From Selaginella moellendorffii (taxonomy: Eukaryota; Plantae; Lycopodiophyta): 64,000 bases of DNA. The first letter of the stretch is position 1, and every line of letters begins with the position of its first letter. The notes below the pieces were generated by a model. That model did not search any database and was not told where the DNA came from. It saw nothing but the letters and a program-made list of their open reading frames with translations. Both the position numbers and the translations under genes were made by a program. The stretch spans positions 1,817,374 to 1,881,373 of the forward strand of contig NW_003314282.1 in NCBI RefSeq assembly GCF_000143415.4, read 5' to 3'. Of this stretch, positions 63,913 to 64,000 are shown in pieces.

Positions 63913-64000
63913 AACCCCTCTATTAAAGCTAAATTGTACTGACCTTTCATAATTTGCTGGATATTTAGCATATTTACCTGTTTTAATCTCTCTTGTAAGT

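Overview
Eukaryotic, intron-containing plant nuclear DNA. The very compact gene spacing, short introns (mostly ~45-100 nt) and a hemerythrin-class GST suggest a non-seed land plant such as the lycophyte Selaginella (inference, not proven). 1-18.4 kb and 40.5-60.8 kb are dense housekeeping regions: TBC/GYP1-like RabGAP 3' end, GST-hemerythrin, NB-ARC-LRR, bifunctional nuclease, RCC1-repeat, NEN exonuclease, two DUF604 glycosyltransferases, two LHT-like amino-acid transporters, eIF2-alpha, MIRO, ABI3-like B3 factor, GET3, DHHC acyltransferase, PP6/FyPP and IRX10-like GT47. Between them (~19-39.5 kb) is an accessory island built on a ~6.9 kb direct duplication (18980-25876 and 30778-37745). Each copy carries an intronless Uma2-like PD-(D/E)xK nuclease gene facing a divergent paralogue whose catalytic residues are substituted (PD->VD, E->Q). 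Both ORFs are intact in both copies, whereas the co-duplicated epimerase is frameshifted in copy 1. The spacer between the copies is a graveyard of Crinkler/CR-like (header + REase + kinase) gene fragments, and a frameshifted fungal-type carboxylesterase follows. The nuclease/pseudo-nuclease pair is the best candidate for an undescribed system (toxin-antidote or selfish cassette); its function is inference only.
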